From Lama glama (Eukaryota), in contig CM052817.1 of assembly GCA_028534125.1 (NCBI GenBank), positions 7,566,001-7,629,581 on the forward strand: a stretch of DNA of 63,581 bases, written 5' to 3'. Positions 62,568 to 63,581 of this stretch are shown piece after piece (within the stretch, counting starts at the first letter, position 1; every line of letters begins with the position of its first letter). A program made the position numbers and the translations under genes. Under the pieces are notes generated by a model, which saw only the letters and a list, made by a program, of their open reading frames with translations, was not told the DNA's origin and ran no database searches.

Positions 62568-63465
62568 TTTTTTAATTTTTTTTTTATTAAGGTTAGTCAG
62601 TTTACAGTGTGTCAATTTCTGGTGTACAGCATAATGTCTCAGTCATATATAGACATATATATATATATATATTTGTTTTCATATTCTTTTTCATTATAGG
62701 TTTCTACAAGATATTGAATATAGTCCCCTTTGCTATAAAGAAGAAACTTGTTTGTCTATTTTATATATAACAGTTAGTGTTTGTAAATCTTGAACTCTCA
62801 ATTTATCCCTTCCCATCCCTTTTCCCTCCATGGAACCATAAGTTTGTTTATTGTGTCTGCAAGTCTGTTTCTGTTTTGTAGATGAGTTCATTAGTGTTTT
62901 CTTTTTTATTTTTTTAGATTCCACATATGAGTGATGTCATATTGTATTTTTCTTTCTCTTTCTGACTTACTTTACTTAGAATGATAATCTCCAGCTCCAT
63001 CCATGTTGCTGCAAATGGCACTATTTTATTCTTTTTTATGGCTGAGTAGTAGTCCATTGTGTAAATACATCACAGCTTCTTTATCCAGTCATCTGTTGAT
63101 GGATATTTAGGTTGTTTCTGTGTCTTGGCTGTTGTAAATAGTGCTGCTATGGACATTGGGGTGTATGTATGCATTTGAGTTATAGCTCCCTTTGGATATA
63201 TGCCCAGGAGTGGGATTGCTGGATCATAAGGTAGGTCTATTTGTGGTTTTTTGAGGAATCCCCATACTGTCTTCCATAATGGCTGCACCAAACTATATTC
63301 CCACAAAGAGTGTAGTGAGGTTCCCTTTTCTCCACACCCTCTCCAGCATTTATCATTAGTAGAGTTTTTAATGATGGCCATTCTGACCACTGTGAGGTGA
63401 TACCTCATTGTAGTTTTGATTTGCATTTCTCTGATAATTAGTGATACAGAGCATTTTTTCACGCA
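62568..63465 (-). mobile_element. Lineage-specific 5'-truncated L1 (3' UTR plus ORF2 end)
   Basis: Poly-T start, typical 3' UTR, and an open stretch of ORF2. Confidence 0.92.
63070..63462 (-). pseudogene. L1 ORF2p C-terminal fragment (Cys-rich domain), non-functional truncated copy
   Basis: Translation [58 protein letters not shown] is the canonical L1 ORF2 C-terminus. Confidence 0.93.
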
Positions 63466-63510
63466 TAAACACCTTTCTTAGTGTCTCAGAAAATGTACCT
63501 TAAGGGACTT

Positions 63511-63581
63511 GAGGGGAGAGAGAAGCAAGATGGTGGAGTAGAAGGATGCTTGTAGCTCACCCTCTCCCACAAATACACCAA
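63511..63581 (+). mobile_element. 5' end (internal promoter / 5' UTR start) of an L1, running out of the window
   Basis: gaggggagagagaagcaagatggtggagtagaagga...agctcaccctctcccacaaatacac: G-rich start plus the YY1-type CAAGATGG motif typical of L1 5' termini. Confidence 0.75.

Noticed and set aside
63070..63462. 130-aa ORF as a host gene
   Set aside because: It is the L1 ORF2 C-terminus in a truncated copy, and the Cys/His motif is degenerate
1..63581. CRISPR arrays, tRNA/rRNA genes, operon-like systems
   Set aside because: None seen. The sequence is mammalian, and the recurring motifs are dispersed L1 tails rather than spaced direct repeats.

Overview
Mammalian genomic DNA, AT-rich and dominated by repeats, with no recognisable host protein-coding gene. 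The youngest LINE-1 3' ends ('...cacagggaactatattcaatatcttgtaataacc...catgactgggacattatgctgtacaccag...') are of cetartiodactyl type. I saw no ruminant (Bov-tA/BovB) or pig (PRE1) SINEs, so a camelid is the most likely source (inference). The window starts at the edge of a CpG-enriched region (1-800) and then runs through layered L1, L2, MIR, MaLR/ERVL LTR and DNA-transposon relics, with two assembly gaps (500 N and 100 N). It ends in the 5' end of what may be a full-length L1. The only ORFs with recognisable products are L1 ORF2 C-terminal remnants, the clearest being 63070-63462. The most notable observations are a templated, iterated 31-bp insertion copied from about 540 bp away, a twin-primed inverted L1 inside an L1 nest, an LTR nested in an LTR, candidate exons or recursive splice sites, and CTCF/enhancer-like motif clusters. 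I found no convincing novel biological system. Repeat family names come from recalled consensus sequences, and boundaries are approximate unless target-site duplications (TSDs) or termini are quoted.
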